Below, one piece after another: positions 63,580 to 64,000 of a stretch of DNA of 64,000 bases. The stretch's first letter is position 1. Each line of letters begins with the position of its first letter. The stretch lies in contig NC_057719.1 in NCBI RefSeq assembly GCF_004010195.1, positions 69,502,401-69,566,400 of the forward strand. The letters run 5' to 3'. The notes under the pieces are model-generated. The model saw only the letters and a program-made list of their open reading frames with translations, was not told the origin of the DNA and did no database searches. The position numbers and the translations under genes are program-made. Source of the stretch: Chiloscyllium plagiosum. Lineage: Eukaryota.

Positions 63580-63830
63580 CTTACTCCTGCGGAGCACAAA
63601 ACAAAATTACAATTCTTTCAACACTGCTGTAGGTCTGGTTGATTCTGAAGACTGCATCAATCCAGGCCATTTTCTTTGTGTAGATGCCTGCATTTGGCAA
63701 CACGGTCTCCTTTGGTGATCCAGAGAATAAAGCATGGTCTTTGTTCTTGACAACCCATCCACCAGCATCTCCAGATTCTTGGAGAAAATGGAGTGCCACT
63801 TCCCCTTTCTGAGCAATTTCCTTGGATCCA
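63580..63830 (-). pseudogene. Harbinger-associated Myb/SANT-like remnant
   Basis: FSKNLEMLVDGLSRTKTMLY...RRP and, after a frameshift, KKMAWIDAVFRIN resemble the N-terminal half of the Myb/SANT-like domain. Confidence 0.5.
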
Positions 63831-64000
63831 GCAGTGCAGGAGCACAGGGTGAAAGGTAGCTGTTGGCAATCCAGTGCCCAAAGGAGCATGAATCTCTCAA
63901 ATGCATGGCAGAAGTGAGTACATTCATCTCTCCTGCCACATGATTCCTTGAGTTGTTCACTGTGGGAGCTGGCTGCATGATTAATCAGCTGAAGAGTAAG

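Overview
Eukaryotic (vertebrate) genomic DNA, most likely a cartilaginous fish (shark): it carries HE1/V-SINEs, a Deu-domain SINE and shark-type CR1 LINEs. It has two assembly gaps (11592-11998, 21310-22186). No intact host protein-coding exon could be identified. A CpG island with a phased CCAAT-box array (about 36.9-37.65 kb) appears to drive a minus-strand transcript with a non-coding first exon (donor at 37004/37003) and several candidate non-coding or uORF-bearing exons (33.5, 15.5, 15.3, 4.6 kb); the gene could not be named. The rest is mostly transposon debris: many CR1 and L2 LINE fragments, SINEs, a decayed Tigger/pogo transposase, a TA-flanked MITE, Harbinger-type Myb/SANT remnants, a candidate LTR and Penelope-like elements (PLEs). 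The most striking signal is about a dozen PLE-terminal insertions, most carrying a minimal hammerhead ribozyme motif (CUGANGA-A-helix II-GAAAC-GUC, with a self-complementary ACGU in place of helix III). Several are short (about 120-220 bp), are flanked by 10-16 bp target-site duplications, and have their 5' junction or fold-back point inside the ribozyme. Boundaries of old repeats are approximate and read by eye.
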